Below, piece after piece: positions 29,201 to 37,223 of a stretch of DNA of 64,000 nt (positions are counted from its first letter, which is position 1; each line of letters begins with the position of its first letter). The notes beneath the pieces are model-generated. The model did not search any database. It saw only the letters and a program-made list of their open reading frames with translations, and was not told where the DNA came from. Both the position numbers and the translations under genes were made by a program. Location: positions 25,102-89,101 of the forward strand of contig JAFXBE010000045.1 of NCBI GenBank assembly GCA_017516765.1, read 5' to 3'. This stretch comes from Clostridia bacterium (GTDB taxonomy: Bacteria > Bacillota > Clostridia > Christensenellales > Aristaeellaceae).

Positions 29201-29659
29201 CCCCGCCGCCTGACGGGCATGCAGCAGCTCTGGTTCGTGATGCGCCAGAAGGTGCATCTGGGCGGCTTCAGCTTCACCCGCCAGAGCCGTGCGTGGCAGC
29301 AGCTTTCCGCTCTGGGCGCAGACGCTCTCTACGGCGACACCTTCGTAAAGACCGAAGACGGCGTTACCGGCATCGGCAACAATGTGTCCTTCGAATACGG
29401 AGAGATGGATTTTGAGGACCATGAGAAGGCAGTGCTGGTCATCGACGGCGCAACACCTCTGCCCGAGAACCCCATCACCCTGCGTATGGTGGATGCACTG
29501 GGCAATCAGCATACCGAAATGGTCACCTATGCAGGCGGCGAGGGCTTCAGCGAGCAACGCTTCCCCGTAGCCGTGCCCAAGGGCGTGTGCAGCCTTACCT
29601 TTGTGTTTCTGCCCGGCAGCAACTTCGATTTCCGTTCCTTCCGGTTTGAAAAAGTATGA
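26282..29659 (+). CDS. GH2 family glycosidase (beta-galactosidase/beta-glucuronidase-like) with long C-terminal accessory domains, cytoplasmic (1125 aa)
   Basis: NALRTSHNPP, acid/base WSIGNEI and the N-terminal sugar-binding pattern DGVYMDCDVLVNEQ. There is no signal peptide. Confidence 0.85.
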   Translation: MERLFNDSWRFVKLPFGSTLDDAKVADWNPVELPHDWLIAQADDLYETGDGWYRRTFAVENPDDGLVRILRFDGVYMDCDVLVNEQIVATHRYGYTAFDVDLTHHLRSGDNSIMVHIRHRSPNSRWYSGAGIYRDVTLHTLPARHIPMDGTYVYTQKTDTCWTMTVETELTGTEGGETLCHRLLDSDGDVVAEVCAPAVGDILTLQLEVAEPLLWSCDDPNCYTLETVLGSQCIRQRVGFRTAELTTDRGLLLNGVHVKLHGVCLHHDLGALGAAFNEKAARRQLATMRRMGVNALRTSHNPPAKIVMDLCDEMGILVLDEAFDMWEHCKTTYDYGRFFGECWQEDVRSWVRRDRNHPSLLMWSIGNEIGDVNDPRGEVVTRMLCDEVRLHDPRRNGFTTFGSNYMPWEGAQKCAEWIDAVGYNYAERYYDAHHAAHPGWVIYGSETSSLVFSRGIYHFPQKVSILADEDLQCSSLGNSATSWGAKDLRVMFTEDRNCQYSLGQFVWTGTDYIGEPTPYHTRNSYFGYVDTAGFPKDAFYTCKAFWNDEPMVHIGVCWDWNPGQVVDVPVSCNCDAVELFLNGQSLGREAIDLSDKDRCVPVWQVPYQPGELLARAYDANGSMVAEDVRRSFGDSAAICLRAEESFLQADGRDMAFVEISMTDADGNPVENACDRVFVTVKGAGRLVGLDNGDSTDTDPYQTQSRRLFSGKLLAMVTSNGEAGEILVEVSSAGKETVSLTLQAVAAEMPEGITCLLDCCKDSSKADLTDLPVRRIELIPRNGCTIDPEHPALTFDVRMYPENAAKQPIAFRLTNASGIDSPCAVLAADENTVTVTGKYDGEVWLRASCNNGYSHPRILSQLRLTVEGMGASVLDPYGFVAGGLCDRSHGELGAGNEHGITFSRDGVSMAGFSNVDFGLAGSDEITLPIFALNGDPYVMEMWLGDPLEGGEKLTDLHYCKPCIWNQYQPETYKLPRRLTGMQQLWFVMRQKVHLGGFSFTRQSRAWQQLSALGADALYGDTFVKTEDGVTGIGNNVSFEYGEMDFEDHEKAVLVIDGATPLPENPITLRMVDALGNQHTEMVTYAGGEGFSEQRFPVAVPKGVCSLTFVFLPGSNFDFRSFRFEKV

Positions 29660-29669
29660 TCCAAAACAG

Positions 29670-29720
29670 ACACCCGGCGGTCGCTGCACCGCCGGGTGTT
29701 GCAGTTTGTGCTGTTTTTTG
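29670..29720 (+). terminator. rho-independent terminator after GH2
   Basis: ACACCCGGCGG-tcgctgca-CCGCCGGGTGT stem (29670..29699), followed by a T-rich tract ending in TTTTTT. Confidence 0.7.
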
Positions 29721-29767
29721 CTATGATTGATAGCACAAAATCGATTTGCACAGTGGAGGGATGCACC

Positions 29768-30454
29768 ATGAAGGAAACCATTCGCCAAACGATCCTGTCG
29801 CTGGGGGCAGATGTGTGCGGCTTTGCCGCCGCCGATTGCTTTATCGGCGCGCCCGAGGGCTTTGCACCCTCGGATGTGTGGAAGGCTTGCAAAACGGTGA
29901 TCGCTCTGGGGATTGCCCTGCCCAAGGGGCTGCTGGAAGCGCCGGGCGATCTGATCTACGGCTGGTTCAACAGCCAGTCTGCAGCCATGGCAGACAGGCT
30001 CACCCTGCAGGCTGCCAGAGCCATCGAGGCGGCGTATCCTGCCAAAGCAATGCCCATCCCCTGCGATGCACCCTATGAGGCATGGGATGCGGCTACGCAA
30101 ACCGGCAAAGGCATCCTCTCCATGCGCCATGCCGCCATTGCCTGTGGGCTGGGTCAGCCGGGCAAGAGCGGGCTTTTGCTCAATCCACGGTATGGCAACC
30201 GCCTGACCATCGGCGTATTGCTGACCGATATGCCATTGCCCTCCGACGAGCCTTGCGAAAGCATCTGCATTCCCGGTTGCCATCTGTGCGTTGCTTCCTG
30301 CCCCGCCCACGCCATACAGCCGGATGGTACCGTGCGCCAGCAGCTGTGCCGCCCCAACACCTTCGGGCAGAACACGAAAGGCTTTGCCACCGTCAAGTGT
30401 AACCGCTGCCGCACCGTATGCCCCGTCAGGTACGGCAAGCAGAGTGCAGAATAA
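29768..30454 (+). CDS. 4Fe-4S cluster protein related to the epoxyqueuosine-reductase (QueG)-like family (228 aa)
   Basis: Ferredoxin-type Cys motifs CIPGCHLCVASCP and CNRCRTVCP, plus an N-terminal QueG-like segment (DVCGFAAAD). GGAGGG lies upstream of MKETI. Confidence 0.6.
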   Translation: MKETIRQTILSLGADVCGFAAADCFIGAPEGFAPSDVWKACKTVIALGIALPKGLLEAPGDLIYGWFNSQSAAMADRLTLQAARAIEAAYPAKAMPIPCDAPYEAWDAATQTGKGILSMRHAAIACGLGQPGKSGLLLNPRYGNRLTIGVLLTDMPLPSDEPCESICIPGCHLCVASCPAHAIQPDGTVRQQLCRPNTFGQNTKGFATVKCNRCRTVCPVRYGKQSAE

Positions 30455-30459
30455 CACAC

Positions 30460-30496
30460 CCCCCTCCGGAGATCCCGTTCACGGGTCCGGAGGGGG
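30460..30496. terminator. bidirectional terminator between convergent genes
   Basis: CCCCCTCCGGA-N15-TCCGGAGGGGG, an 11-bp perfect stem. Confidence 0.75.
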
Positions 30497-30511
30497 TTCT
30501 GTATGTATGGA

Positions 30512-32368
30512 TCAGTGATAGATCTTCCGTCCCTTGGCATCCTCCACGCCGGAAAGACGGCAGAAATAGTTGTTCACGATATCGCACCAGTTGCGGGCAT
30601 TCACCAGCTGCCGCTCCATACGCTCGGCCGCCACTTCCTTGTCGGGGGTGGGCAGGGGCAGCTCGGCAAGAGTCTTCGCCATTTGCTGCACCTCTTCGTA
30701 GCCCTCGAAATGGTCGTCGTAGATCCGCTGGATCAGGGTACGGCCGTCGGAAAGGGTATCTTCATAGCGCAGATAGTGGAAGAACAGCTTCAATTCGTCC
30801 GGGCAGGTGGAAAGATCGCTGTAGTAGCTGCACCACTCTTCCGGGTACTGGGCAGCATAGCCGGTGCCCTTTTCGGTGCGGTCGATGCCAATGCCGTTGC
30901 GGTCGGCGCGGATGTAGCAGCCCCATGCGGCGTACTCGTACCCCTCGGGGTTGGGGCCGTAATGGTGGTTGGGGTTCACCATCCAGCAGATGCCAAGGGG
31001 AGCGGTGTACTTTTCATAGGTGCGACGGCTGCCCATCAGCAGCGTGACCAGCTTGTTCTCGTCGGCTTCGCCGAAACGGTAGGTGAGCCGCGCCCACAGA
31101 CGTACGGCAGCTTCGGCATCGTAAGTGGGATCCCATGCAAAGAGACCGTAGCTGAACAGGTTCACAGCCGCAAAGGGATGGCCCGTGTAATTGTCGTCCC
31201 GTCCCAGATTGGTAACGGCGGCGATGGACATCACCTTTTCGGCGGGCAGCTGCTCAAACAGCTCCTTCCACATGGGCGGCATGGTGTAGATATCGATCTG
31301 CTGACCGGTGTATTCCTGAGCCAGCTGCAATTCCAGCGCCAGATTGGTCTTGGGCATGGCATAGAACAGCGGGGATACGGGTTCCCGAACCTGGAAGTCG
31401 AAGGGGCCGTGCTTGATCTGCAGGATCACATTATCTTCAAAGGTACCGTCCAGATAGGCGTAGTGCTGGTGGGCTGCCATGGGACGGTCGGTCTTGTAGT
31501 CGCGCCAATCCTGCTGGCAGTTGTACACGAAGCAGCGCCAGACCAGCATACCGCCGTGGGGCTTCAAGGCACGGGCAAGCATGTTTGCGCCGTCGGCATG
31601 GTTGCGGCCATAGGTGAAGGGGCCGGGACGGTGCTCGCTGTCGGCCTTTACAAGGAAGCCCGCCAAATCGGGAATATACTTGTAGACGATCTCGGTCTGC
31701 TTCATCCACCATTCCTGCACGGAGGCATCCAGCGGGTCGGCGGTCTCGATGCCGTGGCGCATGGGGTGGGCATAGTCGATGGAGAACATCAGCTTAACGC
31801 CGTAGGGGCGAACCAGCGCAGCCAGCTCTGCCACTTGCGCAAGCCACTCTTCCTCGATCAGCTTGTGGGCGGGATTGCGCACGTTTACGTTGTTGATGCA
31901 GAGCACATTCAGCCCGACAGAAGCCAGCATACGTGCAAGCTGACGGATGCGGGCGGGGTCGTAATCCAGTTTACCTCCTTCAAAGAACAGGCTGCGCCCG
32001 GAATAACCGCGCTCGATATCGCCGTCGGCATTGTCCCAGCAGTTGAGCATACGCAGACCGTAGAAAGGCTTCTGCAGCCCCTGGGGGCGGGCTTCGCCGC
32101 TATTGAGGCACATCAGCAGGCGATATACGCCGTAGAGTACGCCGGTCTCGCCGCCGGTAACGGTCAAAGAGCCGTCGGCAGCTTTAACGATCTGCCAGCT
32201 GTCGCCCATATTGGCATCCACCTGAAGGCTGACAGCGGGTGCATTGGCAAGTGCAGCCAGCCCGGCAGTCAACTCTGCCTGAGCGGTCCGGGCGGGGGTG
32301 ACAGAGGCAAAGGGGGCATCGGATTTGAGAAAAGGAAGCCACGTAAGGTGCTTGACCGGGGTGCTCAT
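30512..32368 (-). CDS. GH67 alpha-glucuronidase, cytoplasmic (618 aa)
   Basis: GH67 motifs NCWDNADGDIERGYSGRS and FLVKADSEHRPGP. The second ATG (32368) is preferred because it lies 10 nt from AGGAGG; the first ATG (32374) is only 4 nt away. Confidence 0.85.
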   Translation of the reverse strand: MSTPVKHLTWLPFLKSDAPFASVTPARTAQAELTAGLAALANAPAVSLQVDANMGDSWQIVKAADGSLTVTGGETGVLYGVYRLLMCLNSGEARPQGLQKPFYGLRMLNCWDNADGDIERGYSGRSLFFEGGKLDYDPARIRQLARMLASVGLNVLCINNVNVRNPAHKLIEEEWLAQVAELAALVRPYGVKLMFSIDYAHPMRHGIETADPLDASVQEWWMKQTEIVYKYIPDLAGFLVKADSEHRPGPFTYGRNHADGANMLARALKPHGGMLVWRCFVYNCQQDWRDYKTDRPMAAHQHYAYLDGTFEDNVILQIKHGPFDFQVREPVSPLFYAMPKTNLALELQLAQEYTGQQIDIYTMPPMWKELFEQLPAEKVMSIAAVTNLGRDDNYTGHPFAAVNLFSYGLFAWDPTYDAEAAVRLWARLTYRFGEADENKLVTLLMGSRRTYEKYTAPLGICWMVNPNHHYGPNPEGYEYAAWGCYIRADRNGIGIDRTEKGTGYAAQYPEEWCSYYSDLSTCPDELKLFFHYLRYEDTLSDGRTLIQRIYDDHFEGYEEVQQMAKTLAELPLPTPDKEVAAERMERQLVNARNWCDIVNNYFCRLSGVEDAKGRKIYH

Positions 32369-32608
32369 AGTCATCGTTCCTCCTGTGAAAAACTGTGCAT
32401 ATTATATCATGTTCAAATACAGCGGGCAAGAAGCGCAGCCCGCCCGGGCGGTGTTTCGTGCAAGCGTATAATGCAGAATAATATGCAAAATCGGCAAAAC
32501 AACAAAGTTACGAAATTTTGTTTCAAAACAAAAGGAAAAGGGGTGCGACGTGTCGAAACGAAAAGGGAAACGAAGACTTACCGTCTTCTGGAAACGGAGG
32601 ATCTACCC

Positions 32609-33394
32609 ATGGCGGTCACTGTTCATCCGGTTTTACCGGGCGTATACCACATAGCCGACAGTATGGGCGTCTGCCAGACCCTGCTGGTGGGGGAGAGGGA
32701 AGCCCTGCTGGTGGATGCAGGCTATGGCATCGAAGATATCCGGCAGGCTGTAGAGCAGATCACGTCCCTGCCGTACCGGGTCATTCTGACTCACGGACAC
32801 CACGACCATGCGCTGGGGGCGCGCTATTTCGGGGAAACATGGATGTTTCCGCAGGATCTGGAGGATTTTGCCGAGTACACGGCACAGCCCACACGCACCA
32901 GGATCCTGAATTCTGCCAGGAGCAAAGGCCTTGCTGTGGATGAGAAAGCCTATCTTTCTGCCGTTATTCCCGGGCCAAAGCCGCTTTGCGAGCAGATCAT
33001 CGATCTGGGCGGGCTTACGGCGCAGATCATCCATGTGCCTGCGCACACCCCCGGCTCCTGCGTGGTCTATGTAAAGGAGCGGCAGCTCCTGCTCACTGCC
33101 GATGACTGGAATCCCTGTACATGGGCGTTTTTCCCCAAGGCGCTGCCCGCGCAGGTCTTCCGCAGCAATGTGCGCAAGCTGTTCGATCTGCCCTTTACCC
33201 ATGTGCTCTGCTCCCACCGGGATCAGCTTTACCCCCGGGCGGTAATGCAGGCATTCTTTGACGGCATCACAGACGAAGCCCTGCGCAATGCGCCCCGGGT
33301 CACCATCGGCGGCTGGGAAAACACCAACACCCACGAAGCCGCTCCCGCAGAGGGACAGGTTTTCGTGTTTGACTACGACAAACTACAACTGTAA
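32609..33394 (+). CDS. MBL-fold metallo-hydrolase (261 aa)
   Basis: HxHxDH motif THGHHDHALG and a downstream His in VPAHTPGS. GGAGG lies 7 nt upstream of ATG 32609. This is only the 3' part of the 963-aa track ORF. Confidence 0.8.
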   Translation: MAVTVHPVLPGVYHIADSMGVCQTLLVGEREALLVDAGYGIEDIRQAVEQITSLPYRVILTHGHHDHALGARYFGETWMFPQDLEDFAEYTAQPTRTRILNSARSKGLAVDEKAYLSAVIPGPKPLCEQIIDLGGLTAQIIHVPAHTPGSCVVYVKERQLLLTADDWNPCTWAFFPKALPAQVFRSNVRKLFDLPFTHVLCSHRDQLYPRAVMQAFFDGITDEALRNAPRVTIGGWENTNTHEAAPAEGQVFVFDYDKLQL

Positions 33395-33411
33395 CAGGGG
33401 AGGATCTTACC

Positions 33412-34920
33412 ATGGAAAAGCAAATCACCGTTACGGCGGCAAGCAAAGCAACCTTCAACAATAACGCCGCCTTCTGCGTGGGCACCGGGCGTATGGGTCT
33501 GGCCATGCAGGAGGAATACCAGAAGCAGCTTCAGCTGGCGCAGGAGCTGGCGGGCTTCCGCTACATCCGCGGTCACGGTCTGTTCTGCGAGGATATGAGC
33601 ATCTATCAGCAGGTTCCCGATGGGAAGGGCGGCTGGAAGTTCGGCGGCTATAACTTCACCTATCTGGACCGGGTGGTGGACAGCTATCTGGAAAAGGGCA
33701 TCCGTCCCTTTATCGAATTGGGCTTCATGCCCGGCGCCATCGCCAGCGGCACCCAGACCATCTTCTATTGGAAGGGCAACACCACCCCTCCCGCCAACGA
33801 TCAGGACTGGATCGATCTGGTGCAGGCCACCCTGCGCCATCTGGTGGAACGCTACGGCTACGAAGAAGTGGTCACATGGCCCTGCGAGGTGTGGAACGAG
33901 CCCAACCTGCCCGGCTTCTGGGAGAATGCGGATAAGGACAAGTATCTGCATCTCTACGAGATCACCGCGCCTGCGGTAAAGGAAGTGCTGCCCGAAATGA
34001 AGGTGGGCGGCCCTGCTGTGTGCGGCGGCGACAGCACCCCCGGCTGGATCACCGATTTCCTTACCTTCTGCCGGGATAAGAAGCTGCCGCTGGATATGGT
34101 CACCCGCCATCTCTACATGGGTAACAGCCCCGAGCGCAAGGGACGGTACATGTACCACACCATGCGTACGGTGGACAGTATCATCGAAGAAGCGGAAGGT
34201 ACCCGCGCCATTATCGACAGCTTCCCCGAGTACAAGGGTATGGAGCTGCATATTACCGAGTTCAATACCTCCTATAACCCCTTCTGTCCCATTCACGACA
34301 CCAACCTGAACGCCGTGCTCACCGCCGGTCTTCTCTCCCGTCTGGGCGATACCTGCGCCTCCTATTCCTACTGGACTTTCGGTGATGTGTTCGAAGAGGG
34401 CGGCGTACCGCCCCGTCCCTTCCACGGCGGCTTTGGCATGATCGCCAATCAGCTGATCATCAAGCCCACCATGTGGACGTTTGCGTTCTTCAATAACCTG
34501 AAGGGCGAGCCCGTTTACCGGGATGATAACATGGTCATCGTACGCCGCGCCGACGGCAGCTATCAGGGTGTGGCATGGAACATCTGCCAGGAGGTGCGCG
34601 AGGAGATCACCCTGAAGGTGCAGCTGCCCGTAGGCGGCAAGCAGGTGATGATGCAGCGCATCGTTGACGAAGAATGCTGCAACCCCCTCAAGGCATGGCA
34701 CGAGATGGGCGAGCCCGCCTCTTTGACCAAGGAGCAGCTCCAGTTCCTGCGGGATGCCGGAAAGCCCCTGTGCAAGACCGCTGCCGCTGTGGGCGAAAGC
34801 GGTAAGACCGAGTTTGTGCTGGAGCTGAAGAAGAATGCGCTGGTGCAGTTTACCGTAACCAAGGCAGAAGGCGAACCCGACGAGGGCTATGATTACCGGT
34901 GGTATGTAGAACACGCCTGA
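33412..34920 (+). CDS. GH39 beta-xylosidase (XynB-like), cytoplasmic (502 aa)
   Basis: Acid/base VWNEPNL and nucleophile HITEFN. The N-terminus is similar to Thermoanaerobacterium-type XynB, recalled from memory. Confidence 0.88.
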   Translation: MEKQITVTAASKATFNNNAAFCVGTGRMGLAMQEEYQKQLQLAQELAGFRYIRGHGLFCEDMSIYQQVPDGKGGWKFGGYNFTYLDRVVDSYLEKGIRPFIELGFMPGAIASGTQTIFYWKGNTTPPANDQDWIDLVQATLRHLVERYGYEEVVTWPCEVWNEPNLPGFWENADKDKYLHLYEITAPAVKEVLPEMKVGGPAVCGGDSTPGWITDFLTFCRDKKLPLDMVTRHLYMGNSPERKGRYMYHTMRTVDSIIEEAEGTRAIIDSFPEYKGMELHITEFNTSYNPFCPIHDTNLNAVLTAGLLSRLGDTCASYSYWTFGDVFEEGGVPPRPFHGGFGMIANQLIIKPTMWTFAFFNNLKGEPVYRDDNMVIVRRADGSYQGVAWNICQEVREEITLKVQLPVGGKQVMMQRIVDEECCNPLKAWHEMGEPASLTKEQLQFLRDAGKPLCKTAAAVGESGKTEFVLELKKNALVQFTVTKAEGEPDEGYDYRWYVEHA

Positions 34921-35000
34921 TCTTCGGGGCATAACAAAACCGACCGGTCAGAAGGGATTTGTCAAGGGTCAATTTGTTTCTGACTGAACGGCTACACGAC

Positions 35001-35044
35001 AAAAGCACGGATTCCCTGTATTTCAACAGGAAATCCGTGCTTTT
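35001..35044. terminator. bidirectional terminator
   Basis: AAAAGCACGGATT...AAATCCGTGCTTTT long stem with an inner CCTG/CAGG pairing. Confidence 0.8.
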
Positions 35045-35079
35045 GATTCTTTGACAGGTTCAGGAAATGCTAAACCATT

Positions 35080-36567
35080 TCAGTCAGGTAATGCGAAGAT
35101 TTGAAGTGGATCATACGCTTTCGGGTCTGTCAGTGCTTCCTGCAGCTTCTTCACGTGCTCCTGGAAGGCTTCACAGATGATCTGCCGATCTGCCTGCGGC
35201 ATGTTGGCAACGCTGCCGTAGGGATTCCAGGTGGTGAACCAGCGGTAGTAGTGCAGCCATTCGTCGTTCTCCTGCAGCTGATTCCAGTTCTCGGCGAGGA
35301 TCACTGCTTTGGCAGGGAGATCGTTGGCAGCAAAAACATCGTCTGCCTGTGCTGTGGTCAAGTTCACAATCGCGGCATAATCCCAAGGGGCGGCAGAGTT
35401 GTTACGGGTGCGCAGCAGCACGGCTACACGGACACAGGAAGGATCATTCCAGTAGGTATCGCCATTGTAGACAAAATACTTCTTGACTTCGGTATCGCTC
35501 AGACCATACAGATCGGCAATGGCTTTCACACCGATTGCTTCTGCTTCTTCAATGTAGATGGTATGCAGAGAAACAATCTTGTTGGTTTCTGCAACATTGG
35601 CAAGCAGGGATTCAAGGCTTCCGTCACGTTCCCAGCTACCGTTTTCAGCACGGGTAACCCAGTAGGAAACAACATAGCTGTTGCCGGCCTTTGTGATCAT
35701 CGTATCTTCAAAGGTGGCATCGTTAACCATAGAACCAAGAGCGTTTTCCAGAACCGTGGCTTCAATGGTCGTGGTCACATGCCATGCGCCGCTCTGCACA
35801 TCCTGTTTGCTGACAAGCTGCGCTTTATTGACAATAGAAGCAGGCCAGTTGAACACTTCGGTCAGATGGTCACGGAAGCTTTCTTCTGCCATTTCCTTGG
35901 TCAGCGTGATATCACCAACCACTACGGGTGCCTCGGTAGACTGTGCCGCAAAGAACTGCGGATGGTATTCGTCCCGCAGCCAGTAGCCCAGCGCATCCCA
36001 ATAGTCGTACTCGGTAGCATCGGGATTCTCCGCCAAGAAACGCTCGCGGAAGATCAGAACGGGGTCAGGAGCTTCACCCATGACGGAATCCAAAGGCATA
36101 GGCCGCTGGGCATTCGCTTCCTCCTGGACAGCACCATAGCGTTCGTACACAATGCGGTCAGCAGCCGCTTCCCGATCAGCATCGGGCTTTGTTTCGTCCG
36201 AAAGAATTGCCCAGTCACTTTCATTCATGTCGAAGCCGGAGTCCCGCATGGCAAGAACGAAAGCGTGCTTTTCTTCCAATCCCCAAGCCATGAACTGACC
36301 CTGGGCGTCCATTTCAGCCACACGCCTGGTCATCATGTTCATGACGATATCGGCTGCCAGAGCAGTTACAGACAGCAGCATCGCTGCCATCATCATCACA
36401 AAGCCAACAGAGAGCTTCTTTTTCACCATAATTCCACCTTTCGTCCGGGATACATGAGATGCATTCAAGACACGCTGCGCCAGATAAGGATCATCGTTTA
36501 CTTCGCACTTGGCACAATACCGATCCACAGCATTGTGAATCTGAGTGCGAATCTTATTCTCACTCAT
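35080..36567 (-). CDS. membrane-spanning anti-sigma factor candidate with large extracytoplasmic domain (495 aa)
   Basis: Overlaps the upstream sigma gene by 8 nt, with AAGGAGG 6 nt upstream. N-terminus carries H-x6-C-x2-C and DDPYLAQRVL, followed by one TM (LSVGFVMMMAAMLLSVTALA) and then about 420 aa outside. Confidence 0.65.
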   Translation of the reverse strand: MSENKIRTQIHNAVDRYCAKCEVNDDPYLAQRVLNASHVSRTKGGIMVKKKLSVGFVMMMAAMLLSVTALAADIVMNMMTRRVAEMDAQGQFMAWGLEEKHAFVLAMRDSGFDMNESDWAILSDETKPDADREAAADRIVYERYGAVQEEANAQRPMPLDSVMGEAPDPVLIFRERFLAENPDATEYDYWDALGYWLRDEYHPQFFAAQSTEAPVVVGDITLTKEMAEESFRDHLTEVFNWPASIVNKAQLVSKQDVQSGAWHVTTTIEATVLENALGSMVNDATFEDTMITKAGNSYVVSYWVTRAENGSWERDGSLESLLANVAETNKIVSLHTIYIEEAEAIGVKAIADLYGLSDTEVKKYFVYNGDTYWNDPSCVRVAVLLRTRNNSAAPWDYAAIVNLTTAQADDVFAANDLPAKAVILAENWNQLQENDEWLHYYRWFTTWNPYGSVANMPQADRQIICEAFQEHVKKLQEALTDPKAYDPLQIFALPD

Positions 36568-37084
36568 AAGCAGCCTCCTTTTCCAGCAGATAGCGCAGTT
36601 TGGTATGCGCATGCCGGAGTCGTCCCGATACGCTTGATATATTGATCCCCAGCGTATCAGCAATTTCCCTCATCGTCATATCGTGATAGTAGTACAGCAG
36701 AATGACTTCCTTTTGCTTGACCGGCAGTTTGATAATTGCCTGAGCCAGTGCATCAGCATCGCTATTCTCAAAAGGATGAACTGGAACCGGCGGTACATCA
36801 TCCGGTGTCACACGCCGATCCATGAAACGGAACCAACCGGCACGGCGCATATCACGGCAAGTGTTCATGGCGATCCGCGTCAACCATGTTTTAGCGCTGC
36901 TGTCTCCACGAAATGAGGATAAGGATTTGTGTGCCTTTAGGAATGTTTCCTGAACAGCATCTTCAGCCAGTGCTTTATCGTGCAGATAGATGAAGCAGAG
37001 CCGCAGCAAAGAGCTTTGGTACTGATCGACCAGACTGATCAACAGCTCATCGTGGTTTCTGTCCGGGCCCTTGACAGTTTCCAT
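36560..37084 (-). CDS. ECF-type RNA polymerase sigma-70 family factor (174 aa)
   Basis: Region 2 (AEDAVQETFLKAHKSLSSF...TWLTRIAMNTCRDM) and region 4 HTH (MREIADTLGINISSVSGRLRHA). Confidence 0.88.
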   Translation of the reverse strand: METVKGPDRNHDELLISLVDQYQSSLLRLCFIYLHDKALAEDAVQETFLKAHKSLSSFRGDSSAKTWLTRIAMNTCRDMRRAGWFRFMDRRVTPDDVPPVPVHPFENSDADALAQAIIKLPVKQKEVILLYYYHDMTMREIADTLGINISSVSGRLRHAHTKLRYLLEKEAAYE

Positions 37085-37172
37085 CTGCTGCTCACCTCCT
37101 TACACTCATACTGACGATTGGGAATGGCGGAATTATGGTTTGTGAAAAAGATTGTGTTTTGATATGAAAGAA

Positions 37173-37208
37173 GCAAGCGGGGCGTCTGTACCCAGATGTC
37201 CCGCTTGC
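37173..37208 (-). terminator. terminator separating the two sigma/anti-sigma modules
   Basis: GCAAGCGGG...CCCGCTTGC stem, followed on the minus strand by TTCTTTCAT. Confidence 0.6.
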
Positions 37209-37223
37209 CGATAATACGAGATA

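Noticed and set aside
32375-32608. Possible operators in the GH67 / MBL divergent region: TTGTTT-ca-AAACAA at about 32519..32532, the CCGCCCGGGCGG palindrome, and the GAAGAC-ttacc-GTCTTC hairpin.
   Set aside because: These are short or imperfect repeats, there is no adjacent regulator gene, and I could not place convincing -35/-10 elements. They cannot be distinguished from chance without comparative data.
30503-33394. A 963-aa plus-strand ORF that would be the largest gene in the GH region.
   Set aside because: Its first 700 codons or so are the in-register antisense of the GH67 gene, which has clear GH67 motifs on the minus strand. Only the last 261 codons, from ATG 32609 with a GGAGG SD, encode a recognisable protein (MBL fold, THGHHDH).
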